Of a stretch of 64,000 nt of DNA, positions 46,901-59,434 are shown piece by piece (position 1 is the first letter of the stretch; every line of letters starts with the position of its first letter). The notes beneath the pieces were generated by a model. It saw nothing but the letters and a program-made list of their open reading frames with translations. It made no database searches and had not been told where the DNA came from. Made by a program: the position numbers and the translations under genes. The stretch comes from Takakia lepidozioides (taxonomy: Eukaryota; Plantae; Bryophyta), in the NCBI GenBank assembly GCA_030704615.1, contig CM060733.1, positions 61,132,001 to 61,196,000 on the forward strand, written 5' to 3'.

Positions 46901-49900
46901 GTCAGTTTGAGGGCCGACGCCCTTACCCCCGCCACAGATTTCGGATGGTGCAGCGCACTGACGTCCCCAGACAACCATTTTCGCTTCCACGCCCTCCACC
47001 ACACCGACCCCTGTGAGAGCAAGAACAATGGACACGACAGCTCTAAGCATCCTACACACCGTTGGGGGAACCGAAGAGGCGGCGACCTCCCTCAAAAGTG
47101 AACGAGACAGGATGGGGAATGCACTTCGGATGAACTGTACAATCCAGAGCTCGACAGAAGTGCCCCCACCAGGATTCGGGCGTGTGTATCAGATGGCCAC
47201 GACAGGCTCAGCTGTTCGCAATGAGGTGTTACACCATCACCATTTCAGAATTACCCACCTGCAATTGCAACCGACTTCCAGATCATGGCGAACAAGGGGC
47301 ATCATACTGCCCTTCAAGCATTTGTACTACGTGTACCTAAAGAGACTCCCGTTGTAATTCCACAACTCATCACTTCATACATCACCAGGGTTGAGCCCCC
47401 AGGAGGTTCACTCTTCTGAATATGGATCCAGGGGACCAGTGACTTGGCTTGCGGTCCCAATACAATGGTAACCCCATCCTTTTCGGTAGTAGAACTGTAC
47501 TGTCGCCATTACCTCAGACTTGGCACAAAAGGTCCGACATATGTCTTGCCTACCAGTAACCTGTTTTGCTCGAACTAGATATTACTATATCGTTCACTTG
47601 TTTCCACGTGCATGTATTTTTGTATGTTGGAGGGTTCATGTTTTTCTGCTTTCCGAAAACTTGCTTTCCTCATTCGACCCTCCGACAATGAAATGCGGCG
47701 CCGCATTTCCAAGTATCGTCGTAGGTACTGGTAGAGGCGGCCTTCGCCAACACCAACCGCTCCGAAATTTCGCACGTGCGAACCCTAAATGCGGTCACCT
47801 TATTTCCCAGTTCAGTTGCAAACCTTTCCCGCCGAATACCGAAGAAGACAAATTTGAAGTACTTGCAGACTCATTGGTGCAGACTCCATTGGTTCAATCG
47901 CGGCAAAAGGGTCAGCTTCATTCCAATGTTAAGGCATGTAAAACACGCGGAATACTCTATACAGGCCAGTATGCGACGTCCTTTTGCAGTGGTATACTGG
48001 ATTCCCGTTGCACGGTCACTTATTTCCATGAGCGGTCTAAAAAACCATGAGCGGACTTGTTACTGACGACACATATCTTCGCCGCATTCACTAGCGTACT
48101 AGTGGGTACACGAGACGAGGTGTGCGTTTTAGCCACCTTCACCTCCTGTGTCTTCCCGAAGTTTCTGATTCGGATTGTGAATCAGGAGGGCTCATACCGG
48201 CGGTGCAATCGTTTCTTGCCATTTTTGTGGACACAATGGAGAGATGTATGGAGCTACCAAGGGGCCACGAAGGTACTCTGGGGCGGTGGGCACCATCGAG
48301 TTGGATGATTTTATACAGAGTTTTGATAGTTGGTGTGATTTGCAGCAAATGCGCAATCCACAACTATTTACGCCTTTCATGGCATGGAGGGCTGTTTCAG
48401 CACCTTGAGGGGCCGCCTATGGATGATTACCATGAGTTCAGGCGGGGCATGAGTTAAGATCGAGAGTGGAGGATGTACTGGTCACAGCCGACTATGTCTC
48501 CATCACTAGGGGCACTAGAGCCACGAGGGCAGTGGCTACACTCCGCTGCAACCGGCAGCTTCACGCAAGTAGCATTGGGACTGTGTACGTAGCTACGACA
48601 TCCACCCAGCCACTACCGCACCAGCACTAGCACCCGTGCCTGCCTTCAACCCGTTGTGGAGTTCTTCGAAGAGTTGAGAGGGAACTACCAAGGGGTGAGG
48701 ACAGAGAAGTTGCGGAGCTTGCAAGAGTTCCAACGGAAGCCGACCGATAGCTTGAGGAGCTTTCACTCGCATGAGGCGCTGATAAATGTAACCCAAGGGG
48801 TTACGGAAGCTCAGCAGTCCAATTCTGGTATGGGATATTGGACAAGCTGAGGAGAAGGGTGCGGGATGCAACTCTCCTACAAGCGGCCCAACCACCTTAG
48901 CAAATGTGTTTTTGCTGGCAGAGCGGATAGAGCTCAACATGGTGGAGGAACGAATGGTCATGGTGGGATTTGCTAAGGAGACACCACGGGGTAAGTGGTG
49001 CTCCTAGCCAACCACTACCTCAACGTGCTCAAGGCACAAGGGGCTCAGGTGAAGCTCAGGGAAGGGCAGAGAGTACCTCAAATGCGGGGTCTCTCCCTTC
49101 ATTTGCTGGCCAACAACGGGCGGATGTGGTGTGCTGGACATTGTGGAGGACCCCTGTCAAGAAGGATTGTCCAGAGGGAGGCAAAGGGTCGGCACATGCC
49201 ACAGCCTGCACAGTTACAGTGTGGGCATTGTGGCAAACACGGCATGGAGAGCTCAGTGTTATGGTTTGGGCATCCTGAGTTGCGCCCAGGCCAGTTCCAA
49301 GGGAACAATGGTGGCCGGGGGCAAGGTGGAGCAGCCCAGAGGGGGGCCAAGGGCAAGCTCAACGTGGCCAAGGACGCGGAGTCAGGGTGTTGACCAAGGC
49401 ATGGCCAACCGGCTTCAGCAGCTAGAGCAGAGGCTCGCTGCCATGGCTACAGCTCAGGTGGTACCGGCTCTAAGGCCGGATGGTCCACCTCCTGCTCCTG
49501 AGGGAGGAGATATGGGAGCATGGATTCATGTGTGGAGAAGCACTACCACTAGTGCAGGTGGAGTCTGCTGCAGCCGTGACTCGAGGAGCAGCACGAGTTC
49601 CTGAGCCACGAGGTGCAGAGTGGAGTTGGATCAACAGCGTGGGGAGGCAAGCCGTCAGGCTAGGCTTCCTCAGTCATTCACATTGGCGGAGACAGTGTCG
49701 ACGCCATCCATGGCACCTAGTTCTCGCCCGACTGTTACCGAGGCGGGAGGTTACTATGCCATTGGGGAGAGCTACAACCACGGCAGCACCACTACCTAGT
49801 GTTGCCAAGGCTACGCCGCTAGTGTGCTGTTAGGAGCGGCCACATCTGTGTGCCAGCTCCATTGTTCTCGCTACCAATGATTGCGACGCTGGGGATAAGA

Positions 49901-50884
49901 CCAGCTGAGGTGTTCAGGCTGGCAGCTACACTCTGTGAGAGTGGGGAGGTTACTACTTCATCTTCTGCGGAATAGTGGGAGGTGTAGTGCCGAGGGATCC
50001 TCGGATTTGAGGGTCAAGACTGCCACGGCGGCGCCAGAGCAAGCTGCAGGCTGCCAGGTTGATGGAGCTGCCAGCTAGGCCAGCCATTGAGCGCGCCATG
50101 GTGACACCTGGAGTTGTTATGTTAGAAACCAGGATGGCATTTTTTCTGTTTGAGTGGACCGCCAGCAAGAGGTACCGGCCCCTGCGAGTCTTGTTGGACT
50201 CGGGAGCTCAGCCATTGATGCTGGGCAGAGCTGCTATTGCAGGCTTAGGCCTCACGGAGGCGGATATGGAGCCCTGTCCTTTCCAGATACAGACGTCTCT
50301 GGGAGGATCGGAGCAGGCTCGGGGCATGACACGGCATGAGTTGGCTATCAGACTACGGCCGGATCACCCTACAGATGGCTCAGTGATGCGAGCCAAGGCC
50401 ATTGTGACAGACGCGTCTCATACGATGTCCTGGTTGGTGGGGCAGTGTTGTACCCCATGGCTTCACCCTGGATTTTGGGAGGAGTCAGCTTCCTATAGCC
50501 TGCATGGCAGTCAGGGAGGGCCGCGCGTTGCAGCTCCTGTGACGTTCATAGGAGGATTTGCGTTGCCCACGAGGCAAGATGCCGACACTAGCAGCATTCA
50601 CAGCGGCAGTGAGTTGCCTAGAGAGTTGCTTGAGGGCAATGCTCATTCAGAGGATGTACCACCTCCGGAGAGCAGGATGACATGTATGGTATGGCGAAGT
50701 TGCCTACCATGGTTGCTCAAACTCTTGTGGGCACGAGCAAGGATTTGCAACGGGATGCTGATCGACGGGCAACAGCCTGGGTGGAGGCTTTTGTACCGTC
50801 AGGAGAGGAGGAGAGTGTGGGGATTGCACAGGACCACCTCAATTGTCTCCATTGGACACCACACCTATTGTTGGCAGTATCCGG

Positions 50885-51860
50885 ATGAAGGCATTTGTCT
50901 TCTGGATTTGTTTGGCGGGATCAGCACCGGATTGGCTGCTGTGTTACAAGCAGGTGTACGAGTTTCGGCGTTACTGTATGTGGAGAAGGATGAGACTGCA
51001 CGACGCATTTCACTTCGCCATGTTGCTCAGTTGGTGCAGCGGTACCCTGAGTTGTTGTCGGTGTCTGCAATTCGTGGATATCAGCAGGCCTTGCCAGCAA
51101 CGTTTCGTTGCTGGGGGGCGCAGGATTTGGAGCGGGTTGGCTCCATTGATCTGGTAGTGCAGTTTGGCCCTGCCAAGGGCATTCATCAGCCGGGCATAGC
51201 AATGGATTGCGAGACTCGAGGTCGGGTCTGTTTTGGGGAGATGGTGCGGGTTTTGCGCCACTTCAGCTTCATCAAGCTGTATCTCCAGCATACATCTTGG
51301 AGAATGTGCCACTGATGGGCGATTCTCGGGCCAGGGTTGATGGCTAGTGTGCATCAAGTCCGGTCGTGGCTTGGGTCAGCAGTGTTGCTAGATGCAGCTA
51401 CAGTGGGGGTCACGGGCTCATCATCCACGGCTATGGTGGACTAACATGATGCCACCCCGCACTGCTCAAGCGTGCATTTGATGGGTGCAGCGGCCAGCAC
51501 ATCTCACAGTGGATAACATTCTGGACACAGGGAAGCAGTCTCAACGTGTGAGACCGATGACCGTTCGCCTTTGGCAGTGGTCAACAAGGTGGGTCAACCG
51601 AGCAGCATTACCTACACTGCTCAGCTTCCCAGGATCGCATGCTTTCCGGGATAGTGGACCTTGGCCTCCGTGGGATGCTCAGTTGCAGCAGTTAGTGGAG
51701 CCTAATGCTGACGAGCGTGAGCGGGCAATGGGTTTTACCACTGGTACCACGCGGTGTCGTCTCTTTCTGAGGCATCACGTCGTCAGTGTTGGGCAAGCAA
51801 TGGATCTCAATTGCTTGACCTGGATTATCAGCTTGGCTCTAGCTGAGCAACGCAGAGTGC
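50885..51860 (+). pseudogene. DNMT3-like C5 cytosine methyltransferase domain within pol
   Basis: Motif I LDLFGGISTG (50902), II YVEKD, IV WPCQGHS (51165), RSGLFW, VI YILENVP (51300), VIII LDAA..G..AH..RLWWTN, IX ERERAMGF, X GQAMD; several 1-bp frameshifts. Confidence 0.9.
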
Positions 51861-54800
51861 GGAAAACACTTCCCTCAATGGTCTCTCTGCCTACCGAGAC
51901 GTACAGGCAGTGAGGGGGGCGAGCATATGAGGACCACGGGGTGCATGCATCCATGGCACACTGGGAGGTGCTCGAGGTTCAGAGGGAGTTTGGCAGCCAA
52001 GGCGGCTGTGATGGATGAGGTTGGGGATTCGTCTCGGGTTGAGGAGTCCTCAGGATGAGATGATGGGGCATGATGAGGCCTTCATTGACTGAGCAGTAGG
52101 GAGTACTGCTCAAGAGGTTGCAGCATCATAGCAACCACGGACGCGTCCTCTACCTCTAAGCCCACTGGACTTAAGGTTGTATTACGGAGGACAATTGGGA
52201 GCCTGACATTGGACCCATTGTCACCGGAGGAGAGAGACGACGTATACGGCGGTTCCTGAGGGCTTACAGGAATTTCTTTGCCTTCAGTTGAAGGACTTGG
52301 GAGCACTGAAGGGTCAAGAGATCCGTATTGAGTTGGCCACTGACACGCCAATCTTTCGGAGACCCTATGATCAGTGACATGGAGAGGTCTTTGATTCAGA
52401 TGAGGACTCAAGATCTCTGGGAGGCAGGTTTGGTGGAGCCTCTGGTGGAGAGTATGCTTCAGCCACAGTGATGCCAGCCAAGAAGGATGTCTATGGCAAT
52501 TGGACGGAGAGACGTATGTGCGGTGATTACCGGCCTGTAAATCGTCAGACCAAGTCCGATAAGTATGCCATGCCAACACCAGAGGAGATCTTTGATGCCA
52601 TCGGGCATGCTAAGGCTTTAGCACTTTGGATTTACGATCCGGATATCACCAGTTGCCAATCAAGGAGGCGGACAAGCAGAAACCGACATTCTAGGGATCA
52701 ATGAGCACGGCAAGGATTGCCTATATCAGTGGCGGTTCTTACCATTTGGGCTTAAGAATGCTCCTGCAGAGTTTCAGAGAGTCATGGATAGGATTTCTAG
52801 CAGGGGTGGACTTTGCTCGGTGCTACATAGATGACATCATCATCTTTAGTGTTACGATGGAGGAGCATGAGAGACACCTTCAGGTGGTATTGGACGCTTG
52901 AGAGCGCACGGATTGAAGTTGCATCCGGGGAAGTGCAAGTTTTTCCACGACCAGATTGAGTATCTGGGTCCATGATATATCCTGGAGATTGGGGGTAAGC
53001 AGACTAAGGTAGAGGCCATTGCACAAATTCCACGCCCCACGGATGTGAGCCGAGTTCGAGCTTTCATGGGGTTGGCAACTATTATAGACGGTTTGTCAAG
53101 GGATTTAGTACCATTGCAAGGCTCTAACCAAGCTGACCAAGGTGGACCGGAGTGGCAGTGGGAAGGAGCAGGAACGAGCTTTTCAAGAGCTCAAGGCGAG
53201 GTTGACCTCGGCGCCTATCTGAGACGACCTATCAGGGGTCCCTTTCAGCTGCATACGGATTGGAGCATGCTGGGGCTTGGAGCGGTGCTCACACAGGTGG
53301 ATGATGAGGAAGAGAGTTCATAGTGGCTTACGCTAGCCGCTCGAACAACGCTGTCGAGGCTAAGTACAGCTCATATGAGGGAGAGTGCTTAGCTGCATGT
53401 GGGCCGTGGCACACTTCAGGTGCTATCTATACGGCAATCTTTTCACCCTTGTCACGGATCACCAGCCACTCAAGTGGTTGATGGAGTCAGACAGCTTACG
53501 GGGAAGCTTGCACGGTGGGCACTTATACTCCAGGAGTATGACTTTCAGGTTGTGCATCGACCGGGTTTGGTCAATCGGGATGCGGATGGATTGAGTCCTC
53601 AATCCATGCATGAGCCAGCAGATGACACTGGAGCTCGTGGCATGGTGAGACGGACGAGGAGATGGTGCCGGGATGGCACGCATCTGCATTTTTTGTGTAT
53701 CTTGGCATCGGGAGGTCAGATTGGACCTACAACAGGGATGACTGTAACGGAGTGTCTGAGGACCCTGAGGCTAGTGATGAGCTAGGGTGGTGCCAGAGAT
53801 ATACATGAGGATTCGGCTGTTGGACTACTACTACCTCCGCACGGGAGACACGGCAGCCATTGTGACTGCCGGAAGAGGGATCGGATCCCTGCAACGAGCC
53901 AAGAGGTTCAAGTGGGAGGGGATACACCTACTTCAAGTGTGGGAGGTGGTCGGGTGAGGATTGTGCCTCACCCCACACAGCGTGCACGGTTAGTGCGGCA
54001 TGCCCATGAGGAGTTGAGGCATTTGGAGTGCGACGCACTCACAGTTACTGCAAGGGCAGTATTGGTGGCGTGGTATGCATACAGAGGTGCAACAGTTTTG
54101 TGGCTAGGTGCATGGTGTGTGACAGGGTGCGTGCTTTGTTTAACGCCCCTACCACACAGTTGCATCCTTTACCTATCATGGGATTGGGCTACAGATGGAG
54201 TCTTGACTTTCGCAGGACCGTTGCCACTGACTATGCGCCACCACAGATATGTGTTGGTGATGGTGGAGCACTTCTCCAAGTGGATTGAGTTGGTTCCATT
54301 GCCTGACAAGGCTAGTGAGGGGGCTGCGTTTGCATTCTTGGATCGTGTGCTTAGCCGATTTGTGCTCCAGCTGAGGTACTCACGGACCAAGGGAGAGAGT
54401 TCTTGGGGAGTTTCAGGCTTTGTGTGATAAAGCCTTGATAGACCACCGCACCACTTCTCGGGATCATCCTGAGCCGATGGCTTAGCAGAGAGAGTTGTTC
54501 AGACGGTGAAGAGGGTTTTGCGCAAGTATGGCTTGCAAAGGACACCTAGGAGATTGGGATCTTCAGGTTCCTTGGTTAGCCATGGGCTACAGGTTCAGCA
54601 AACAAGCATCACTTGCCTCTTTCTCACCATATTTCATTCTCTTTGCCGGGAGCCGGATTTGCCTGCAGCCATTCGTAGGGACACTGCTCAAGTCCTTAAC
54701 CTTGACGATCCGGACGTGTGGGTACGTGCATGTGATCAGCGTGCAGAGTTGTTCAAGAAAGTCATGCCCATGGCTTTTGAGAACCTGCCATTGCGCACAG

Positions 54801-55097
54801 CACCGTGATACGTTGAGGTATGCCACTATACGTGGTGGAGGATATCGTCCTGGGGTTCGGAGGTTTAGCCTTGGTGACTATGTTTTATTTGCAGCAGACT
54901 GCTCCTACGACTCTGGATGTTACTGCAGGGCGTGTTATTCTGAGGGTTCGAGAGGTGTTGCCCTCAGGGGTCTTATCTTGGAGGGTCGGGATGGCATGAC
55001 TTGGAAGGACCATGTGCGTAATTGTGCGCCATGTCACCTTCCAATGTCGATGGCAGAGTTGACCCAACTTGGCAGTGGTACCTGCAGGTTTGAGGTG

Positions 55098-55238
55098 CAT
55101 GCTTTGTGGGTCTGCCAAGGGGCAGCCACCATGCTGGTGTGTGATCGATGCTCAAGGGGTTGGCATATGGGATGCTTGACACCACCTCTTGAGAAGGTTC
55201 CTGACGGAGATTGGTTGTGTCCACACTGCTTGGGATAG
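55098..55238 (+). other. PHD finger at the C-terminus of integrase
   Basis: MLVCDRCSRGWHMGCLTPPLEKVPDGDWLCPHC; the first Cys pair lies in a shifted frame. Confidence 0.88.
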
Positions 55239-55495
55239 TGGCAGTGGACATGACTGGAGGCAGCTAACAAGACATGGAGGCCAAGCTCATAGGAGTCAAT
55301 ACATGAGATCCCAAGCTCAAGTTCACAGGTTGCAAGACGGCGACTATTGATGGGGCAACTCTTGCACCCGCCTCTTGATCTATCGAGTTTGAGTGTAGTA
55401 GGGATAATGGTGGAGGACTTAGTGAGGCTATGGTCACTATCACATCTTGTGGCTACCTGGACTTAGAGGACCTAAGCACCAGCTAGGGGGGCGAT

Positions 55496-56196
55496 TGTGT
55501 GGACTAGTGACTGCCATAGTGGGCAGCATAATGGCAGCCTAGTGACTGACTAGTTGTAGCCTAGTGGTTGGACTAGTGGCTGGACTAGTGGTGGACTAGT
55601 AGTATACTAGTGTGTGGTGTGCACTGTGTTGTGTGGTTTTGGACAACGATGTAGTTGTGTAGCGATATGTATGCGCACGACAGCTGTTCAAATTATTTTA
55701 CCACTAGTGTGAAACTAGCTAGGAAATAGCTAGCTTTTCATATTGACATTTGGGATTGGCCCAAGTGTCAATCCAGGGGTCAAGGCAGATTTAGGCCCTG
55801 GAGTGGTTATCTTCACGGCAAGCGCATGAGGCTCATCTTTTCTCGAGTTGACCTCCCGCGCCTAGCTATGGCGCCGTAGTGTGGATTCCCCATGGCGTGG
55901 GGTGCACTGGCTTGACTTGTATTTGAGTGATGAGGTTATATATGCATGAGTTTATGCTTCAGCTTTGTGAGCTCGCATGAGCTCGTGCTTGTATTCTCTT
56001 CTTTATCATTGTGTGGACTAGTGACTGCCATAGTGGGCAGCATAATGGCAGCCTAGTGACCTGACTAGTTGTAGCCTAGTTGGTTGGACTAGTGGCTGGA
56101 CTAGTGGTGGACTAGTATATACTAGTGTGGTGTGCACATGTGTTTGTTGGTTTTGGACAGCGATGTAGTTGTGTAGCGATATGTATGCGCACGACA
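55496..56196 (+). repeat. 3' LTR (probably 55496-56008, TG...CA) followed by a second copy of its first 187 bp (56010-56196)
   Basis: 55496-55682 and 56010-56196 are near-identical direct repeats; the first follows the PPT. Confidence 0.85.
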
Positions 56197-59100
56197 CGGC
56201 ACTTGGAAAGGACTTCATCCCCGAGATTGCAAAACACTATTCTCGGGCCATGCAGCCGACCATGCAATTGGAGAAACTGCATCACCTCTCAACGGCATGT
56301 GTTGAGGTGAAAGAGAAGGTGAGGTTTCAATGCACTGAGTTCCTTCCTAGCAATAGCCACTCTCTTCCAGCTCCTGACATTGGACGGAATGGCAGACACG
56401 GTTGCTGTCGATCTGGAATGCATCCGAGAGCATAAGGACAATGTGGTCTTTTCCACTCGAAGTTTTCGACCCTGCCGTGGATGTGTGGCTCAACCGCATG
56501 ACTTGGTGGTTCCAGGTAATTCAAGGTACTTCCCCAGATTTGCTTTTTTGAAATGAATTCCCTGAACTGCTACGTGACAATGCATTTGGGAATCACAGGT
56601 AATGTCGAATGCGAAGGAGCAAGTCGTAATGCACACAAATTCGTTCGACTTGTACGTCAATGGGATGGAACACAGACATTGGAAGACTACGTGACACGTT
56701 TCAGATGTGCGTACAAGGACACCTTTTCGCCAGAGAGCTACAGACAGCAAGAAGGAGCGTGGAGTTTACACATCAGGAGGGAGCGGGGAAAGCTACAATG
56801 CGAATTGTTTACAGGTGAAGCACAGCTCAGCTGCCCTTGTATGCGAAGCCTGGTTACGAGGTTTGTCTCGGAAATGCGGCACCGCATTCGCATTTTATGT
56901 TTTCGGTGGCACTCTGCAAGTAGGTTCGTCCAATCTTATGCTCACGCATGCTGACTGCCTTGCAGGTATTGAAATACGTGCTCCTTCAGACAGGGGCCCT
57001 GGCTCAAGAGCCCCCCGTTCTTCATGGCTTGGACCGTGGCGGGCCCAAGCTGTGTCTACACACCCGAGATGCGAAACAATGGCATCCCCGCGCATCTCGT
57101 TGGATGCCCCTGGTACTTGGACATGTCTGGCGTATTGTTGACGAGTCTGAGAAAGATCTGCACGCCTTGGTAGAATAGAAGAGAAAGGAAAGACGTGTCC
57201 CTGCTTGGCCAAAGTCGGCAAAGGAATCTGCTGCTCTGGAAGAATCTAGAAAGACAGCTGAGATGGCACAAAAGACGGTGGATGCAGCTGTGCAGGCCCA
57301 ACAGAAGGGGTCGAGAAGAGACTCGCCCAGCAAGGATTAGCTGTTGTGACGGCCCAAAACGAGAAGCAGAATAGCCTGTTCAGGAAAGGGTGAGGAGAGG
57401 ACTCCGATGGAGACTTTGCAAACAGCCCACCCCCCAAACGCAGGCTGCCTCCCCTGTGCCCACGTTGTCACGAGAGGCACGAGAACTGGCTCGGCAAAGA
57501 AGGCACTCTTCAAACCCCCCAGGGGGGCCACCTTTCGAGCCGGTGGAAATGAAGAGGCCGAAAGTGGCTCCCGAAACAGTAGTCCGTGTGTAAATGAGAG
57601 TTTCTTGGCGGCTTGGATGGACGGGCAGCCAAGTTGGCATACAAAGACCATGGAGGGTCTGAAGGGCAGAGCACTGAAGAAGGCGACTGCCAAAGAGCCT
57701 TCCGACACCCCAGGATTTCAGAATATGGTCTGTTCTTTGAGAGGGGTGTGTGCAGACAAGATTGTAGGAGGGCGGAATGCCACCGATTGGTCTTGCGATA
57801 TGATCATCTTGGATATTCCGGACGGAGAGCCTGTGGAAGGACTGCAAGCTTTGCCATCTTAGAACAGTGTACTCGGAGGACTTTTGGAAGAAAGGATCGG
57901 GCTTGCCGCATGGTGTTGGACGACAGAGGCTGTGTGGTTGTTCTGGCGACAGAGAAAAAAACACTCAACAGGAATTGCGAATGGACCCGCAAGAGCGCCG
58001 TCCCGATTCTGAAAAAGAAGGTGGACGTGCATCACACACAAGGCCCTTCGGTCGGAATGGAAGAAGGTGATTACGACACTGGCACTCGTCACACTTCGTT
58101 TGCTTGGGTGTTTTCAAATGCGGTGCCGCATTCGTTTCTAATCGTTCCCCCCTGTGTATGCAGACGAAGCGTTTGATGCATACTGCTTTGTGAAGGAGAA
58201 CTCCACCTTTGCTTTCCGGAAGGAGGGAAGAAAGGTTGACCCGAACTGCGACCCCCTCGATTACGACGTTCTGTTCAACAACGTTCCCAAGAACTTCTCC
58301 CTCATAGCCTCACTTCAACGGAACCCCTGCGGTACTCACGGACTCGGAGCCCTGGCCTTCATTCAGACAATTATGGAGACATGCACAGACGTGGAGGGCA
58401 CAGTGCTGGACCTCATCTGTGGGACAGGTATGCAGAATCTTGATCTATGCTATTCTGCAAATTCTCGTTAGGATGTAGTTCGCAACATCTGAAGCGCCAT
58501 GTTGTAATGTGTGGATGGCATTGTAACAGGTGCCTCAATGTGGGCTGGGCGGTTTTCCGACCGGCACCTCTTTGCCTACGAGGAGGATTCATCCGGTGGG
58601 GATCCCATCTGGAAGGGCTGCAACGGAATGTTAAGGCTCCCAACAGAGCGGAAGTCTCCTCGGATTCGTCGGAGTCCGTGGAAGACACAGTGGACATTGA
58701 TGCGGAGGAGAACCCCGGAATACGAGTGAGTGCAAACATTGTAAGTTTGCAAAGCCTTCTGGTCATTTTTGTCAACGAATTTCCGGAGTGTGGTTCTCAT
58801 TAGTCTCGTTGATGATTGTCATGTGCAGGATTGCAGGGTCCGGGTCGAAAGATGTAGGGCCTACACTTCCTGCCAGGAAGAATGTCCCGTTCTTTGCGAG
58901 GGCCGACTTCATGACGAGCCCGGTGAGGGACTACTCCCTTCCTAGTTATGCAGCTAAACTCGCAAATACAACGATTAGAAGAAGTAAGAATCCCAGTAAA
59001 GTAGAGCAGATTTTTGGAGAGGGCTAGGGAGGACAGAAGGATAAGGAAAGAGTTGGCAGCACTCAGACAGGTAGAACGGGTACGAAAGTACATATGTGAT

Positions 59101-59434
59101 TCAGCGGATGAGAGCGACGCAGACAGGGAGGAAGACGACCCAACGGAGGTGAGATGGACAGTTCCGCAAGGGGAAGATGGGATTTTCGAAAGCCTGGCCA
59201 ACAAGCAGTCCGCTGGAGATGAGAAAGGCAATGAGGGGGTGGAGGCGGAGCAGGACAGTCTAGAACAGATGAGGATTCGGATGATTTTCAAGATTAATAG
59301 AATTTTAATGAAGTCTCTGTAAATGTAAATTCTCTTCCAGAGTATATAAAGGAAATTTCTCCCGACATTCGTGACCCCTCTCCAGTGTGCATTCCAGCCA
59401 CACAATCGCCCAAACCACGACGCTCCCAAAATCA

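Larger units (their letters stand above)
48091..56196 (+). mobile_element. Ty3/gypsy LTR retrotransposon with gag-PR-DNMT-RT-RH-INT-PHD; no 5' LTR
   Basis: gag-like QGVRTEKLRSLQEFQRK and CCHC knuckles; LLDSGAQ (50197); RMCGDYRPVN, YIDD (52824); LHTDWS; integrase GPLP...VEHFSKWIE...TDQGREF; PPT AGGGGGG at 55485. Confidence 0.93.
47820..59322 (+). pseudogene. MULE accessory gene with C-terminal beta-class N4C/N6A DNA amino-methyltransferase-like domain; split by the retrotransposon (parts ~47820-48090 and 56197-59322)
   Basis: DMIILDIPDG (57812, motif IV-like); MVLDDRGCVVVL; after removing intron 58428-58529, FIQTIMETCTDVEGTVLDLICGTGASMWAGRFSDRHLFAYEED (motif X-I-II-like). Linkage of the upstream part is inferred from frame continuity across the insertion. 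Confidence 0.65.

Noticed and set aside
46950-47510. Additional small minus-strand gene inside the MULE
   Set aside because: Frames are broken by stops and nothing in them is recognisable.
50885-51860. Bacterial contamination or restriction-modification system
   Set aside because: The domain is embedded between retroviral-type protease and RT, and the neighbouring amino-MTase-like gene has predicted spliceosomal introns.
55496-56196. DIRS/Ngaro split direct repeats (B1-A2-B2)
   Set aside because: The element has a protease and DDE integrase, no tyrosine recombinase, and no A1 copy at the 5' end.
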